DNA of 64,000 bases, from positions 31,134-95,133 of the forward strand of contig CAWGED010000007.1 of the NCBI GenBank assembly GCA_963821525.1, read 5' to 3'. Source of the stretch: an uncultured Gemmatimonadales bacterium. Its GTDB lineage: Bacteria; Gemmatimonadota; Gemmatimonadetes; Gemmatimonadales; GWC2-71-9. The translations under genes were made by a program, and so were the position numbers. The notes under the pieces are model-generated. The model saw nothing but the letters and a program-made list of their open reading frames with translations, did no database searches and was not told where the DNA came from. Shown here in pieces: positions 1 to 11,587 of this stretch (positions within the stretch are counted from its first letter, which is position 1; every line of letters starts with the position of its first letter).

Positions 1-318
1 GGGTTCGCCTTGTCCACCAATTTCCTGCTCTCGCTGGTACTCCTCGCGATGAGTGGTATGGCCGACAACGTGAGCGTGGTCCTTCGCTCCACCCTGCTTC
101 AGACCCTGCCTCCGCGCGAGATGCTTGGCCGAGTGGCCGCGGTCAATTCCATCTTCATCGGCTCTTCGAACGAAATCGGCGCCTTCGAGTCGGGGCTCGC
201 TGCCAAGCTGCTTGGCACCGTCCCCTCGGTAGTCTTCGGCGGCTGCATGACCCTGCTCGTCGTGGCCATTGCCGCGTGGCGCCTTCCTCAACTGCGCAAG
301 CTGGGACGGCTGGCATGA
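1..318 (+). CDS. MFS transporter, C-terminal part (5' end outside window)
   Basis: Hydrophobic ORF with LRSTLLQ..P.EMLGRV.AVNSIFIGSSNEIGAFESG, typical of MFS_3/EntS-like exporters. Confidence 0.85.
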   Translation, partial: GFALSTNFLLSLVLLAMSGMADNVSVVLRSTLLQTLPPREMLGRVAAVNSIFIGSSNEIGAFESGLAAKLLGTVPSVVFGGCMTLLVVAIAAWRLPQLRKLGRLA

Positions 319-1206
319 CAACCACCGTGGCGTTTCTGGGCCTGGGTGCGATGGGCACCCCGATGGCCGCAAATCTCACTCAGGCAGGCTTTCAGCTTCG
401 AGTCTGGAATCGGACTCCTCACCCCCAGCGAGTTCCTCGCGGAGCCTGGTCCGCAGCGTCTCCGCGGGAAGCAGCCGAAGGCGCCGCTTTCGCGATCACG
501 ATGCTGGCGAACGATGATGCTGTGGAAGCAGTGACGAACGGTCCCGAAGGCCTGCTCGCCGGTCTCGATAGCCATGGTGTGCATCTCGGCATGAGCACCG
601 TTTCGCCGGGACTTTCCCGACGGTTGGCCGAGGCTCACACGGCACGGGGCAGCGCGTATGTCGCGGCACCGGTCTTCGGTCGGCCTGATGCGGCGAAGAA
701 CAAGGCGCTCTGGATCGTCACCGGCGGCGAGCCCTCGGACCTGGAACGCTGTCGTCCGGTGTTGGAGGCGTTGGGCCAGGGCATTTTCCATATGGGCAGC
801 CCCGCCGAAGCCGGGCTTGGCAAAACTGGTAGGGAACTTCCTGCTCGCCGCTACGATCGAGGCGTTGGGCGAAGCCCTCACGCTGGCCGAGAAGGGGGGG
901 ATCGATCCCGCCCGGCTCCATGAGATGCTCGTCACGACTCTGTTCGGATCCCCGGTGGTAAATAGCTATGGCCTCAAGATTGTCCGCGGCGAATTCTTGC
1001 CCGCGGGCTTCGCGCTCCCACTGGGACTCAAGGATCTGCTCCTGGCCCGGGCCGCTGGACGCGAACTTGGCGTTCCCTTACCACTCGCCGACCTCATCAC
1101 GCGCCATATCAACGATTCGATCGCGCGGGGTCGGACCGATTATGACTTCGCGGGGTTCACCCAGGTCATTCGAGAAGCCGCGGGATTGCCTGAAGTGAAG
1201 CGGTAG
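315..1206 (+). CDS. NAD(P)-dependent oxidoreductase, 3-hydroxyisobutyrate/6-phosphogluconate dehydrogenase family (frameshift ~815)
   Basis: FLGLGAMG..MA.NL Rossmann motif; AAPVFGRP; C-terminal KL.GN..GF..LGLKD in a second frame; ATGA overlap with upstream stop. Confidence 0.85.
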
Positions 1207-1269
1207 TTGTCACTTGTGCGCTTACTGCGCCAAGGCTAGGCTATGACAGAACAACGCCATCCTTGTCCC

Positions 1270-2415
1270 ATGCGCATAGCCATTTTCTCGGAAGTCTACT
1301 GGCCGATGGTCAGCGGGGTCGGTGTCACCCTGCTGCGTCTCGTGAATGCGCTGGAGAAGCGCGGCCATTCGCTGCGCATCTACACGGCCAACTACGCACT
1401 CCCGGAAGGGACCGCCGACCGCCCCGAGGTACACCGGTCGACCAGTGTCCCGTTCTTTCTGTATCCCGATATCCAGTGGGCTTTCCCCCGGGCGCGGGAC
1501 ATCGAGGACGATCTCGCTGCCTTCCAGCCCGATGTGGTTCACGTGGCGACGGAATTCGCCATGGGCCTCGCAGGGCTTAAAGCGGCCGAACGGCTCGGCA
1601 TCCCGGTCATCTCCTCCGCTCACACCGACTATCAGAAGTACGCCTATCGCTACGGCGTGCCGTGGGCATTGGATATCGGGTGGATTTATGGACGGTGGTT
1701 TTACAACCGGACTGCGAAGGTGTTGTGTCCGTCGCGCCTTTATGAGGAGTACCTGCACACCCGGGGAATTCTGCACACTGGAGTTTGGACTCGCGGAGTG
1801 GATCCTGAAGAGTTCAACCCCGCGTTCCGCAGCGAGAGCTATCGCCAGTCATTCGGGGTCGGTCCCGATGATCTCCTGGTGACCTACATCGGACGCCTGG
1901 CCAAAGAAAAGGATTTGGGCCGCTTGCTGGATGCCTGGCGCGGTCTGGGAAACCGGAAAGGCAACGCTCAGCTGGTGCTGGTAGGGAAGGGGCCCATGGG
2001 AGACGACCTGAAGCGTCATCCGATGGCCGGAGTCCATCTGGCCGGTCTTCGGCATGGCCGCGCGCTGGGCGAGGCCTATGCCTCCGCCGATCTCTTCGTG
2101 TTCCCTTCTTGCACCGAAACGTTCGGCAACTCGCTCCTCGAAGCGATGGGGTCGGGTCTCCCCTCACTCGCCGTTGCCGATGGCGGGGTCATCGAGTTCG
2201 CCAACCAGGGAGCGAACGCGCTCCTCGTGAAACCGAGAGACACCGGTGCCTTGCTCACCGGGCTCCAGCGGTTGCTTCAGGACGCCGAGCTGCGTCACCG
2301 TCTCGCCCAGGGAGGGCTCAAGACCGCGGAAGAACGCGCGTGGGGCCCGATCCACGACCAGCTGCTGGCGGACTATCAGTGGGTGGCGGAGATGCGGCGG
2401 ACTAGAGCGGCCTGA
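1270..2415 (+). CDS. Glycosyltransferase family 4 (GT-B)
   Basis: MRIAIFSE.Y.P..SGV, YIGRLAKEK, FPSCTETFGN.LLEAMGSGLP. Confidence 0.9.
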   Translation: MRIAIFSEVYWPMVSGVGVTLLRLVNALEKRGHSLRIYTANYALPEGTADRPEVHRSTSVPFFLYPDIQWAFPRARDIEDDLAAFQPDVVHVATEFAMGLAGLKAAERLGIPVISSAHTDYQKYAYRYGVPWALDIGWIYGRWFYNRTAKVLCPSRLYEEYLHTRGILHTGVWTRGVDPEEFNPAFRSESYRQSFGVGPDDLLVTYIGRLAKEKDLGRLLDAWRGLGNRKGNAQLVLVGKGPMGDDLKRHPMAGVHLAGLRHGRALGEAYASADLFVFPSCTETFGNSLLEAMGSGLPSLAVADGGVIEFANQGANALLVKPRDTGALLTGLQRLLQDAELRHRLAQGGLKTAEERAWGPIHDQLLADYQWVAEMRRTRAA

Positions 2416-2421
2416 TGTCTG

Positions 2422-2606
2422 GCCGTCAGCCGTCAGCCGTCAGCCGCGAGCAATTAGAGTGTCGCCATTAGCCATTAGCAACGAAGCCGCAGGCCCCGAT
2501 CGGGAATCTGCGGCTTCTGCTTTTGTGTATGGGTTAGGGCTCAAGCCTCTCTAACCGCTAACCGCTAACCGCTAACGTCGCTGACGGCTGACGGCCGAGG
2601 GCTGAC
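2422..2606. repeat. Nested inverted heptamer arrays around a terminator hairpin
   Basis: (GCCGTCA)3 at 2422 versus (CTGACGG)2-3 at 2581; (GCCATTA)2 at 2464 versus (CTAACCG)4 at 2551. Confidence 0.85.
2483..2525. terminator. Intrinsic terminator between convergent genes
   Basis: GAAGCCGCAG...CTGCGGCTTC stem followed by a T-rich tract. Confidence 0.7.
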
Positions 2607-3636
2607 TCACCGCAACGCCAAATACACCAATCCCGCCGTCGCCGCACTCATCGGAATCGTCAGGATCCAGGCCCACACGATTTTCCCCGCAACTCCCCAG
2701 CGCACCGCAGAGATCCGATTCGCTGTACCGACCCCGACAATCGCACCGGTGATCGTGTGAGTCGTGCTCACCGGGATGCCCAGCCGTGAGGCGAGGAGAA
2801 TGGTGATGCCTCCGGCCGTCTCCGCGCAGAATCCTCCGAAGGGCCGCAGTCGCGTGATCCGTTGACCCATCGTCTTCACGATCCGCCAGCCACCCGTCGC
2901 CGTTCCCAGCGAAATCGCCGAGTAGGCCGCGAACTCCACCCAGAGCGGCACATGATCCGCCGAGGTCAGATGCAGGTGGGCGAGCCAGCCCGTCTTGTCG
3001 GCGAAGAGGGATTGGGTGGATACCAAGAGGCCCACGATGATGCCCATCGTCTTCTGGGCGTCGTTGGCGCCGTGTCCGATCGAGTAGAGTGCGGCCGACA
3101 GCAGCTGGAGTCTTCGGAACGTCCGATCGATGGGACCGGGCTGCCCCCGCCGGAGCAGCCAGGAGAGCCCAACCGTCATCCCGAGTGCGAGGGTCAGGCC
3201 GATCAGGGGAGAAAGGAAGATGAAGGCGATCGGCAGCACCCATCCGCTTCCGATCAAGGCGCTGGCCCCCGCCTTGGCGACGGCGGCTCCGCCTAAGCCC
3301 GCCCATCAGCGCGTGCGATGACGAACTGGGAAGTCCCAGCCACCAGGTGATGAGGTTCCAGACGATCGCCCCGGTGAGCGCGGCGAGGATGACGTGAGGA
3401 TCCAGCACCGAGGGCTCGACCAGGCCCTTACCGATGGTCTTGGCGACGGCGGTGCCGACCAGGAAGGCGGCAACGAAATTGAAGACCGCGGCCCACACGA
3501 CGGCCACGGCCGGGGTGAGCACCCGGGTCGCGACCACGGTGGCTATCGAATTGGCGCTGTCGTGGAAACCGTTGATGAAGTCGAAAAGCAGCGCGACGCC
3601 GATGATCGCGACGATGTAGAGGACGGGGCCATCCAT
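2607..3636 (-). CDS. pit: Inorganic phosphate transporter, PiT family (frameshift ~3295)
   Basis: GFHDSANSIAT, PSSSSHAL, HGANDAQKTMG and PVSTTH signature motifs split over two frames. Confidence 0.9.
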
Positions 3637-3639
3637 CGT

Positions 3640-4260
3640 TCAGCTGTGCTTGATCGAGATGGACTCCAGCACATTCGCCGTGTCTTCGGCCTGGTCCAGC
3701 GTTCGCTCAAGATTGTCGTACAGCTCCTTCCACTTGATGAGGGTGACCGGATCAGGGTTTCCCTCGAAAGCCTTGCCGAGCCATTCGTGGTAAAGCGAGT
3801 CTCCCTCCTCCTCCAGCCGCTTTACCGCGATGCAGGCGGGGAGCACGACCCCATCCTTCGTATTGCCCAGCCCCTTCACCGCGATCAGCAACTGTTCACT
3901 GGCACGCCGGATGACGTTGGCCAGGAGGATCGCGCCTTCGGGCACTTTGTCGATGCGAAAGATCTGAGACCGACGGGCCAGCCCGTCGATGAAGTCGATC
4001 ACGTCGTCCAGGCCTGAGGCCAGCGCGTGGATGTCCTCCCGGTCGAGCGGCGTGATGAAGGTCCGGTCCAGCCTGGTTACGACCTCGTGGGTCAACTGGT
4101 CGCACTCGTGCTCCAGCCGCTTGATCGCGTCGACTATATGGTTTCGCTGGTTCACCTCGGCACGCAGCAGGTCCTCCAATAGTCCTGAGGCCTCGACATT
4201 CCGCTCAGCCACGGCGGTGAAAAGGTTGAAGAAGCGTTCATCACGGGGGAGAAGGCGCAC
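3640..4260 (-). CDS. DUF47 family phosphate transport regulator
   Basis: EHECD...FITPLDREDI..LA..LDDVID; directly upstream of pit. Confidence 0.9.
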   Translation of the reverse strand: MRLLPRDERFFNLFTAVAERNVEASGLLEDLLRAEVNQRNHIVDAIKRLEHECDQLTHEVVTRLDRTFITPLDREDIHALASGLDDVIDFIDGLARRSQIFRIDKVPEGAILLANVIRRASEQLLIAVKGLGNTKDGVVLPACIAVKRLEEEGDSLYHEWLGKAFEGNPDPVTLIKWKELYDNLERTLDQAEDTANVLESISIKHS

Positions 4261-4299
4261 GGAAGACTCCGGAAGTTTGTAACGATGAGGTAACGACGG

Positions 4300-6481
4300 G
4301 GGAGAAGATAGCTTGGGAGCCGACGAGGGGAAGGGAAGGGTCGGCGAAGATCAGAACTCCGGTAACCCGTGCGGCCATGGTATGCCAACTCGGTGGCTGG
4401 CTTCGGGATCGAGGCCAGGGCCCGCTTCAAACTCGCATCATCCAGGGTGCTCATTCTCGATACCAGCTCGGCTTCGCCCGCCGTATGACCTCTGACCGTG
4501 AAGCGCACGGCCTGCTCCAGTGCATCAAGACCTCGGACGTCGCGCGCCTGGGTAGCCAACTCGATCAGTTGGCGCAGTCGCTGGAGTAGTTGGGCCTGTC
4601 CCGGGGATGGGTTGGTCGCCGCCCATCGAGCGCTGTTGCCACCGCGACTGCGGAGGGTGATCACTGGTTGAGTCGCCTGAAGCGCGAGATCGATCTCCTG
4701 ATCTGATGCTCTTCGATTTCTGGCACCCGCGGCGTGGAGGAGTCTCGGTTGCACCTGCTCTGGTGCCTCGCTCCACTCTCCTCCTGTCAGCCATCCGGCT
4801 GTACTGAATCGCAAACAGACCGATTCGCAGCTGGCGGTGAGTTCGAAGCCGGCCAGGATCCCCTCTTCCCGCGATTCAATCACCGCCACGCCACGGCCCG
4901 GCGGCTCCGTCCGGGAGGAAGTCGAGAAGCTCCTCCCGCCACCGGAAGAGCCATCGCCCTCCGTCGCCCAGACCGGCCAACTGAGGCATTTGCGCCTTTC
5001 GCGCCAGGATCTCGCGGCCGTGCAGCCTCTCTTCGCCTTGGAAGGTCGGCTGGTAGCGAATCGATTCGACCCGCTGGTGTCGAGATCCGAGCCGAGCCGC
5101 TCGACCATCCCGCTGGGCAAGGCCGACCTCGAGTCCAGGGCAAGTCGTAGTGGATCACTCGTTCTGCGAGTTGCAGATCCAATCCTTCCGCCGATACATC
5201 GGTGGTCAGGAGGATGTGTGGGCCCGCAGCCTGAGGTCGTTGGGTTGGAGAAAACCAGGCGAGGATGTCGTCGCGCGCCATCAGGCTCGCTCCAATTCCG
5301 GATCGATCGCCGGTGCACCAGGCCGGTCCCAACGATGCGAGGCGCCTTCGCAAATAGCTCACGGTCTCGCGATAGCAGGTAAAGACCAGGGTAACCCTGC
5401 CATCGCGCAGCACGTCTCCGAGTCGTCCCGGTTTCCTATCGGTCTCCGCCCACCAGGCGGACTCCTGCATGAGACAATCCAGTCCAGCCCCGTCCTCGAG
5501 CACCAGCTCCCCGTGCTCTTCGGCCTGTGGTAGCAGGGCCCACAACACGAGTTGCTCGTCCGCCCCGGCCGTGAATCGCCGCAGTGCGGCTCGATCCATC
5601 GGGCGCCCCGCCGCCCGCGCATCCGCTGCATGGTGGAGCAATGCCCGATAGCGCCGCAGCACCCCATGGAGAGCGGCGGGACTCGATTCCATCGCTCGAT
5701 AAAGCATGTTGCGGAGGATCGAAGCCGTGCCCGGCTTCGTCGAGAGAGATAGACGGTCGAGCCCCGAGACGATCGCCGATGGCCGGTCCGTCTCCCCATC
5801 CAGGACGGTGCGTTGAGTCAGGCGTGGTCGGCCAGTGACCTCGTCCGAGCGGGTGATCACGAGCTCGCCGAGTGCGGGATGACCGGTCTCACCGCGAAGC
5901 AGCGTCGTCAGCGAGGATACGCCGTGCCACACCAGGCAATCGTCCCTGACCGCCAGCAGCAGCTGATGCGCCAGATCGATCAATCGGTTCACGATCGGAG
6001 TCGCACTGAGCAGGAGCGCATGCCGGCCTGTCAGGTAGGGCGCAAGCGTTCGGTAGCGGCGGGAACCGGGATTTCGATACCAGTGGGATTCATCCACGAT
6101 CACGAGGCGAGGACGAACCGAAGGGAGTACGCCTCGACTGATGCGCTCGTGCGAGTGAGCGTCGATGGTGACGTGGAGTTGTTCAGCGGTGCGCTGCCAT
6201 TGCTGGAGCAGCGCGGCTGGTGCCAGGACTACTAACCCACCGCGGCCCTGCCACAACGATCCCACGGCCAGCGCCGAGTAGGTCTTTCCGCTGCCGGTCG
6301 GGTCTGCCAGCAACGCGCCGCCGTAGCGGGTGAGCGTGCTCAAGACTCGGCGGACACCTTGGCGTTGATCTTCTCGCAGCCAGTCGGGCAGTTCCACATC
6401 CGATCGCGAAGACCGGAGACTCGCTGCGATAGCCCGGGCAATGTCTCCCGCATCGCCCGGTGGAAGGTCAGTGCCGGCCAC
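4300..6481 (-). CDS. SF2 (SNF2-like) helicase, several frameshifts; 3' end approximate
   Basis: LADPTGSGKT (Walker A), VDESH, SATP, TTDVSAEGLDLQ, IHYDLPW, and AQRDGRAAR (motif VI) after the shift at ~5130; GTG start overlaps the MTase stop. Confidence 0.8.
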
Positions 6482-9400
6482 CGGCGGTCGCGACGGAGGC
6501 CAGTGTCTCCCTGGCCGATTGCGGCAGATCCAGTAGTTCGGCGCAGTGAGCATCGATCGCGTCCTGCACGATCGCTCCTTGAGCGCCCAGCCTGGCAAGG
6601 TGCGCCAGCTTCGAATCGTCCGGAACCGAAGGCGGAAGGGGAAGCGATCCAACTACCCTCGCGTTGAATCGCGCGAAGCCACCGCGTGCCGGATCCGCTA
6701 CCGCACGTGCAGCCGCGCGCATCCAGGTCGAGTTGAGCCATGCCGCCAAGGCACTCGCCTGATCGGCCGATTCGGCGGCAATGACGTAGCAGGTGTTGAG
6801 CGGAACCCGATCCCGATCCGCCGGTTCGGTAAGCGCTGCCGCCGTGAGCCGGCGGCGAATGTCGGACCAGATCACTCGAAACGGTGCCGATGCGGCGCGG
6901 GTGCGGAACAGCGTCCAGGAGGGGCCGCCTACATAGTCGGCCCGGGCTCGGAGAACTCCCTCGTGACAGGTGAAGTACTCCAAGGCGCGCCGCGGGAGCT
7001 TGCGGTAGACCCTGCCGCGCTCATCGTGAGGCCAGAGCAGGCGAATTCGATCCGTGGTGCCGAATGGGCGCACGTCCCGTCCCCGGATGCCCCAGCGAAT
7101 CAAGCATCCTTCGATGAACTCCGGTGGGTCGAGGAAGATCTGATTGGCCCCGGTCTTGGCGCCTAACTGAAGCGCGAAGCGTTCGCCGAGAGCCGGATGG
7201 TTGGACCGGATGAGATCGAGAGCGTCGTGGGCCGCCGACGGGAGCAGAATCCAGGGGGCGCCACCGAGCAGCCGGCACTGAGAGACCTGGTAGCTCCCGC
7301 CGGATCCGAGAGTGGTATGGATGAGATGATCACGCGGAGCCGTAGTCTTGGAGGCAACCAGCGCGAGCGGATAGACCGTCGCATCAAAACCATTCTGCTC
7401 CGGCGTGGTGAGATCGGTCAGGCGGTGGATCGTTGTGTGCGCTGCAAGACCGCGACGGGCCGCTACACCGTAGGCCGCCGTCGCCAGCTTGGCCGGCAGG
7501 AGAAACCCCAGCACTCCTCCATCGCCCAGCAACTCCAGTCCGCGCTCGAGAAACGCGATCGCCAGATCCGGCTGGTGGGCGAAGCCGCTGCTACCGCTGT
7601 GCCACCACCGGTAGCGTGCCCCCAGGCTGTTCGCTGCGCCGGAGGAAGATCCTCGGCCCGCACCCACGGCGGGTTCCCTACCACGATGTCGAACCCGCCC
7701 TGCGAGACCACGTCTGCGAAGTGGCACTCAAACTGAAACCAGGGCACCTGCCCTTCTTCGGTGACCCGTCGCCGCAGGCGGCGGAGCCGCTGAAGTTGCT
7801 GCCGCGCCGCGCGGAGTCGCTCTCCGGTCTCTCGATCAAGCCCGCGCCGGCGGCCGAAGAGATCCGGCGCCCGCGCCTCGGCGAGACACTCGGCAACGGT
7901 AGCCTCGACTCGCGCGATTACTCCATCCAGGCACTCCAGCATGGCGGCCAGTTCTGTCTGACGCAGTCTGCGCGCCAGGTCCTGCTTGTTCTCCCCCACC
8001 GCAACGACAAACCTGCGGCGCAACTCGGCGATGGCGTGGGCCGCCGCCCTCGGCAGGAGTGGTAGCGTTGTCACCAGGCGGGCCGGATCGAGGAGGCTGT
8101 CCCCTTGTCGAATCAGCCCGTCGAGATTGGGCAAGGGTTCAACCGCTTCCGGCTCCTGTGCCGGATCGTGCGCAATTACGGCCAGCCATAACCGCAGCTC
8201 GGTGAGCCGGACCGCCATCGGGTTCAGGTCCACTCCGAACAGATTGCGGGCCAGCACCGTGCGACGGATGCGCGCGCCCGATTCGTTGCTCCCGTGCAGG
8301 TCGGCGAGTCGCTCCAGCATGCCGAGAAGGAAGGCGCCTGAGCCGACCGCGGGATCCAGTACGGTGACCTCGGCGACCAGCCGGCGGACGCTTGCATCCG
8401 GAGTTCCGAGGTGTTCCGCTGCGGTTTCCAACGAGCAGCCGAGCCGGCTCGCCAGGTAGGCTTCCAGGGTGGCATCAACCAGCTGCGAAACCAGATGCAC
8501 CGGCGTATAGAATGTTCCGCTGCCATGCCGTGCCTCCGGCTCCATCACCCCCTCGAAGACTCGCCCCAGCATGTCGGGCGCCACTTCTCCCTCGGCTCCG
8601 TTCTCATTCACCGTGAACGCGAAACGCTCGAACAAATGGTCGAAGGCGTCTCTCCAGACGGCGTTGGGAACCTCGCCCCGCCATTGGCGCTCGAGAGGGT
8701 GCGGCTCAAAGAGACCGCCATTCAGGAAGGGGATTCGCCCAAAGCATCGAGCTCGGCCTCGCGCTTCGGCGCGGCGATTGAGCGTGCCGAAGAACAGTGG
8801 TTGAAACAGGTGGCGGTGTAGCTTGCGGCGACGGGCCAGACAATCATCGACGGCCTGGCGGAGGAAGTCTGGTCGCCCATCCAGCCATCCTTTGCACTGC
8901 ACGAAATAGAGGAAGAGGACTCTGGTGAGGTGGAGCAGCGCGAGATGGTGGCGTTGTTCTGGCTGGAGTCTTCCGGTCAGTCCTTCGGAGAACTGTGCGA
9001 CGAGTTGACGGAAGCTGGTGAAGAATCGCTTGCCCGCATCCTCCTCCTCCAGAATTTCGGCGAGGCGGAGCGCAAGGCCGAGTCCGGTTGCGGAGCCACA
9101 TCGCCCGAGTCGTTCGAGCCGCTGAACTACTCTCGGGTCGGGAGAGGGCAGGGACAAAATGGCCGTGGGGCCTCTGCCGGCCGCGATGGAGACCGCCAGC
9201 GTGCGGCTCCGCTCATCGAAGGCGAGGACTCCCACCAGTTTGCCTTGGGCGATGAACCGTGCGGCGAGCCTTCGGGCTGCCAGGAGCGGCTCCCCGGTGG
9301 CGACCGCCAGCCACTCGAATCCGGCCGTGCGCCCCAATACGGAGGCGGCCGTCACCTCGAGGCTCGAGTTGACGGGCACCAGGACGCCCGGGTTCAGTTC

Positions 9401-9526
9401 TTCCCACAGGCTCGATTGGCCCAAGTGAGGCATCAACCCGGCAAGGTCGCGGAACCCGCGGATCCCCCCGAGGGTTAGAACCAGAGACACGGACCCTCCG
9501 CTGCGGTGGGGGTCCATGCTAGGCAC
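6468..9526 (-). CDS. N6-adenine DNA methyltransferase, Eco57I/TaqI-like (gamma class) with C-terminal TRD-like region (frameshift ~7635)
   Basis: RIPFLNGGLF, GTFYTP, VLDPAVGSGAFL, LFGVDLNP, FDIVVGNPPW, DL..AFLERGL.LL..GG.LG. Confidence 0.88.
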
Positions 9527-9611
9527 GCCGGGCCGTTAACTTGGTATCCGCGTGCCGCGCTGCGAGGCGGCAAAACTGCGGCTGAACTTCAGACTACGGA
9601 GTCGATCTCGG

Positions 9612-10274
9612 ATGGGGTCACGATTCTTGTGCGTGGCAGGATCTATTCTTGTCGGTGCTCTCCTCACTCCTCGGATCGCCCTGGCGCAGACCACTCAGAT
9701 TGACAGCGCATTCTTCGCGGTGCTCAAAGGCACCGATACGATTGCGGTTGAGACCTTCGCCCGGGAAGGCCACGAGCTACGGGGTCAATTGGTCAAGGTC
9801 GCCGCGGGACGCGAGCGCACCATCTATCGGGCCGCGCTGATGGACGACGCCTCGACCCCGCTCATCAATTTCAGCGTCTGGAAGGGTGAAGACCCGCCCA
9901 ACTCGCCGGCTCGGCAAATGGGACGGGTCATCTTCAAGGAGGACAGCGCGGCGGTGGACGAGGCCGACTCGCGGGGACTCCGCACCATCATGTTCCATAC
10001 CCAGCGCGGAGCCATCGTGTATTTGAATCTCTCCTTTGCCCTCTTGGAGCAGGCGACGCGACGCGCCCGGACCCTGAAGCAGGATTCGGTCGCGGTGCCG
10101 TTCTTCAATCTGGGTGGCGGACAGACGCTGGATGGCACGGTCCTCCGGCTGACCGCCGATTCCGCCGCGGTCCGCCTCGGATCCGTGGAATTCCGGTTGC
10201 AGATCGATCCCGCTGGCCGCATCATGGGTGGAGCAATTCCCTCGCAGAGCCTGGTGGTATCGCGAAGCCCCTAA
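9612..10274 (+). CDS. Hypothetical secreted protein
   Basis: Signal peptide ending ALA-Q; coding-like ORF. Confidence 0.65.
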   Translation: MGSRFLCVAGSILVGALLTPRIALAQTTQIDSAFFAVLKGTDTIAVETFAREGHELRGQLVKVAAGRERTIYRAALMDDASTPLINFSVWKGEDPPNSPARQMGRVIFKEDSAAVDEADSRGLRTIMFHTQRGAIVYLNLSFALLEQATRRARTLKQDSVAVPFFNLGGGQTLDGTVLRLTADSAAVRLGSVEFRLQIDPAGRIMGGAIPSQSLVVSRSP

Positions 10275-10659
10275 GGAGGGTCACCTGACCGCGGGTCAAC
10301 ACATTCTCCTGGTGGATGACGAGGAAGGCCTGCGGCGGATCGCCAAGCGCGCTCTGGAGCTGGCGGGCTATCGGGTTACCGTGGCGGCCGACGGAGTGCT
10401 GGCGTTGGAAGCATTTCAGGCACACAAGCAGGAGATCGCGCTCGTCGTTTCCGATATCACCATGCCGAACCTGGACGGCGTCGGTCTGCAGCAAGCGATC
10501 CATCAGCAGGGCGATCGAGTACCGTTCCTGTTTATCTCCGGCCTGCCGCCAGAGGATGTGCTTCAAGCCTCCTCCGGCATGGTGACCGACGTTCTCGCAA
10601 AGCCGTGGACCGTGGCCGAGCTGACCGAGCGAGTGAGACAGATTCTTTCACACCCATGA
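10228..10659 (+). CDS. Single-domain response regulator (start uncertain)
   Basis: ILLVDDE, VSDITMPNLDG, FISG, AKPW. Confidence 0.85.
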   Translation: MEQFPRRAWWYREAPKEGHLTAGQHILLVDDEEGLRRIAKRALELAGYRVTVAADGVLALEAFQAHKQEIALVVSDITMPNLDGVGLQQAIHQQGDRVPFLFISGLPPEDVLQASSGMVTDVLAKPWTVAELTERVRQILSHP

Positions 10660-11291
10660 GGCCTTCCCCTCTGCTTCGGCCTCTCGCCGTGCTGCTCGGC
10701 GCCGGCAGCTTACTTCTCGTAGGTGCTGCGTCGGTCCATCCTGTCCTGCACGGCTCCGCCTCCGACCAGCTCGCCATGATCGGCGATACCGGTCACTGGC
10801 GCACCATTCACCTGCTCCTCTCCCTGGGGACTGGCCTCTTCATCGTCGGCCTCGGAGCCCGGGCTCTCTCAACACCCGACTCCCTGCGGCTCGAATATGG
10901 AATCGTCTTGATTGTGCTGGCGTTGGGGGAACTACTGAACGGCGTCAATATCGCCTTCATGACCGCGGCCGGCACCGAGCTCGCGGCACTCGAGCGTCAG
11001 ACACCAGGCTCGACGACCCTTCTCTACCAGGGAATTCATCCCGCGACGCTGATGGCGGCACGGCTGGGGTCTTTTCTCGTCGCGATCGCGGCACTGCTCC
11101 TGGCCCGACTGGGCAGTCACGACCCGGCGGAGCCGCGCTGGGAGCGCGGGATCACGCTGGTCGCTGGGGTCGTCGGCCTCGCTGCGGTCCTGTTGCTTCC
11201 CGAGACTAACGTCGCGACCCCGATCGGGATCGGCATCATGGCCCTCTGGGGTATCGCGGCTTCGGTGCGGTTACTGCGGCAGGCGTCCTAG
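10656..11291 (+). CDS. Hypothetical membrane protein
   Basis: About six hydrophobic segments; ATGA overlap with upstream gene. Confidence 0.65.
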   Translation: MRPSPLLRPLAVLLGAGSLLLVGAASVHPVLHGSASDQLAMIGDTGHWRTIHLLLSLGTGLFIVGLGARALSTPDSLRLEYGIVLIVLALGELLNGVNIAFMTAAGTELAALERQTPGSTTLLYQGIHPATLMAARLGSFLVAIAALLLARLGSHDPAEPRWERGITLVAGVVGLAAVLLLPETNVATPIGIGIMALWGIAASVRLLRQAS

Positions 11292-11539
11292 TAGTTCTCC
11301 ATCACCATCACAGAGAGCTCATCCAGCGCCCGGTGCTCCGGCAGAACGTTGCCGTCCTGATCGAACCGGATGTTCATGGCGCACAGTTCTTCGAGAGCCG
11401 TGCTCTCCTGCGTCTTCAGGGTGAGAACATACGGCTCGCCCGCGGCCCGAATCTCGGCGAGTCGCTGAATGAGCCAATCCGGCTTGTCGGCCGCTTGTTC
11501 AAGCGACTCGACCATCTGGGGAGTGAGGGTGAGCTTCAT
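11288..11539 (-). CDS. Small hypothetical protein
   Basis: 83-aa ORF with coding-like composition. Confidence 0.55.
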   Translation of the reverse strand: MKLTLTPQMVESLEQAADKPDWLIQRLAEIRAAGEPYVLTLKTQESTALEELCAMNIRFDQDGNVLPEHRALDELSVMVMENY

Positions 11540-11542
11540 GGC

Positions 11543-11587
11543 GAAGATTGAAGTTGATTGCCTAATTGCAATCTTCAGATTTCAATC
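11543..11587. repeat. Short degenerate GAAGATT/CAATCTT inverted heptamer pair
   Basis: GAAGATTGAAG...CAATCTTCAGATTTCAATC, same unit as at 14013-14100. Confidence 0.55.
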
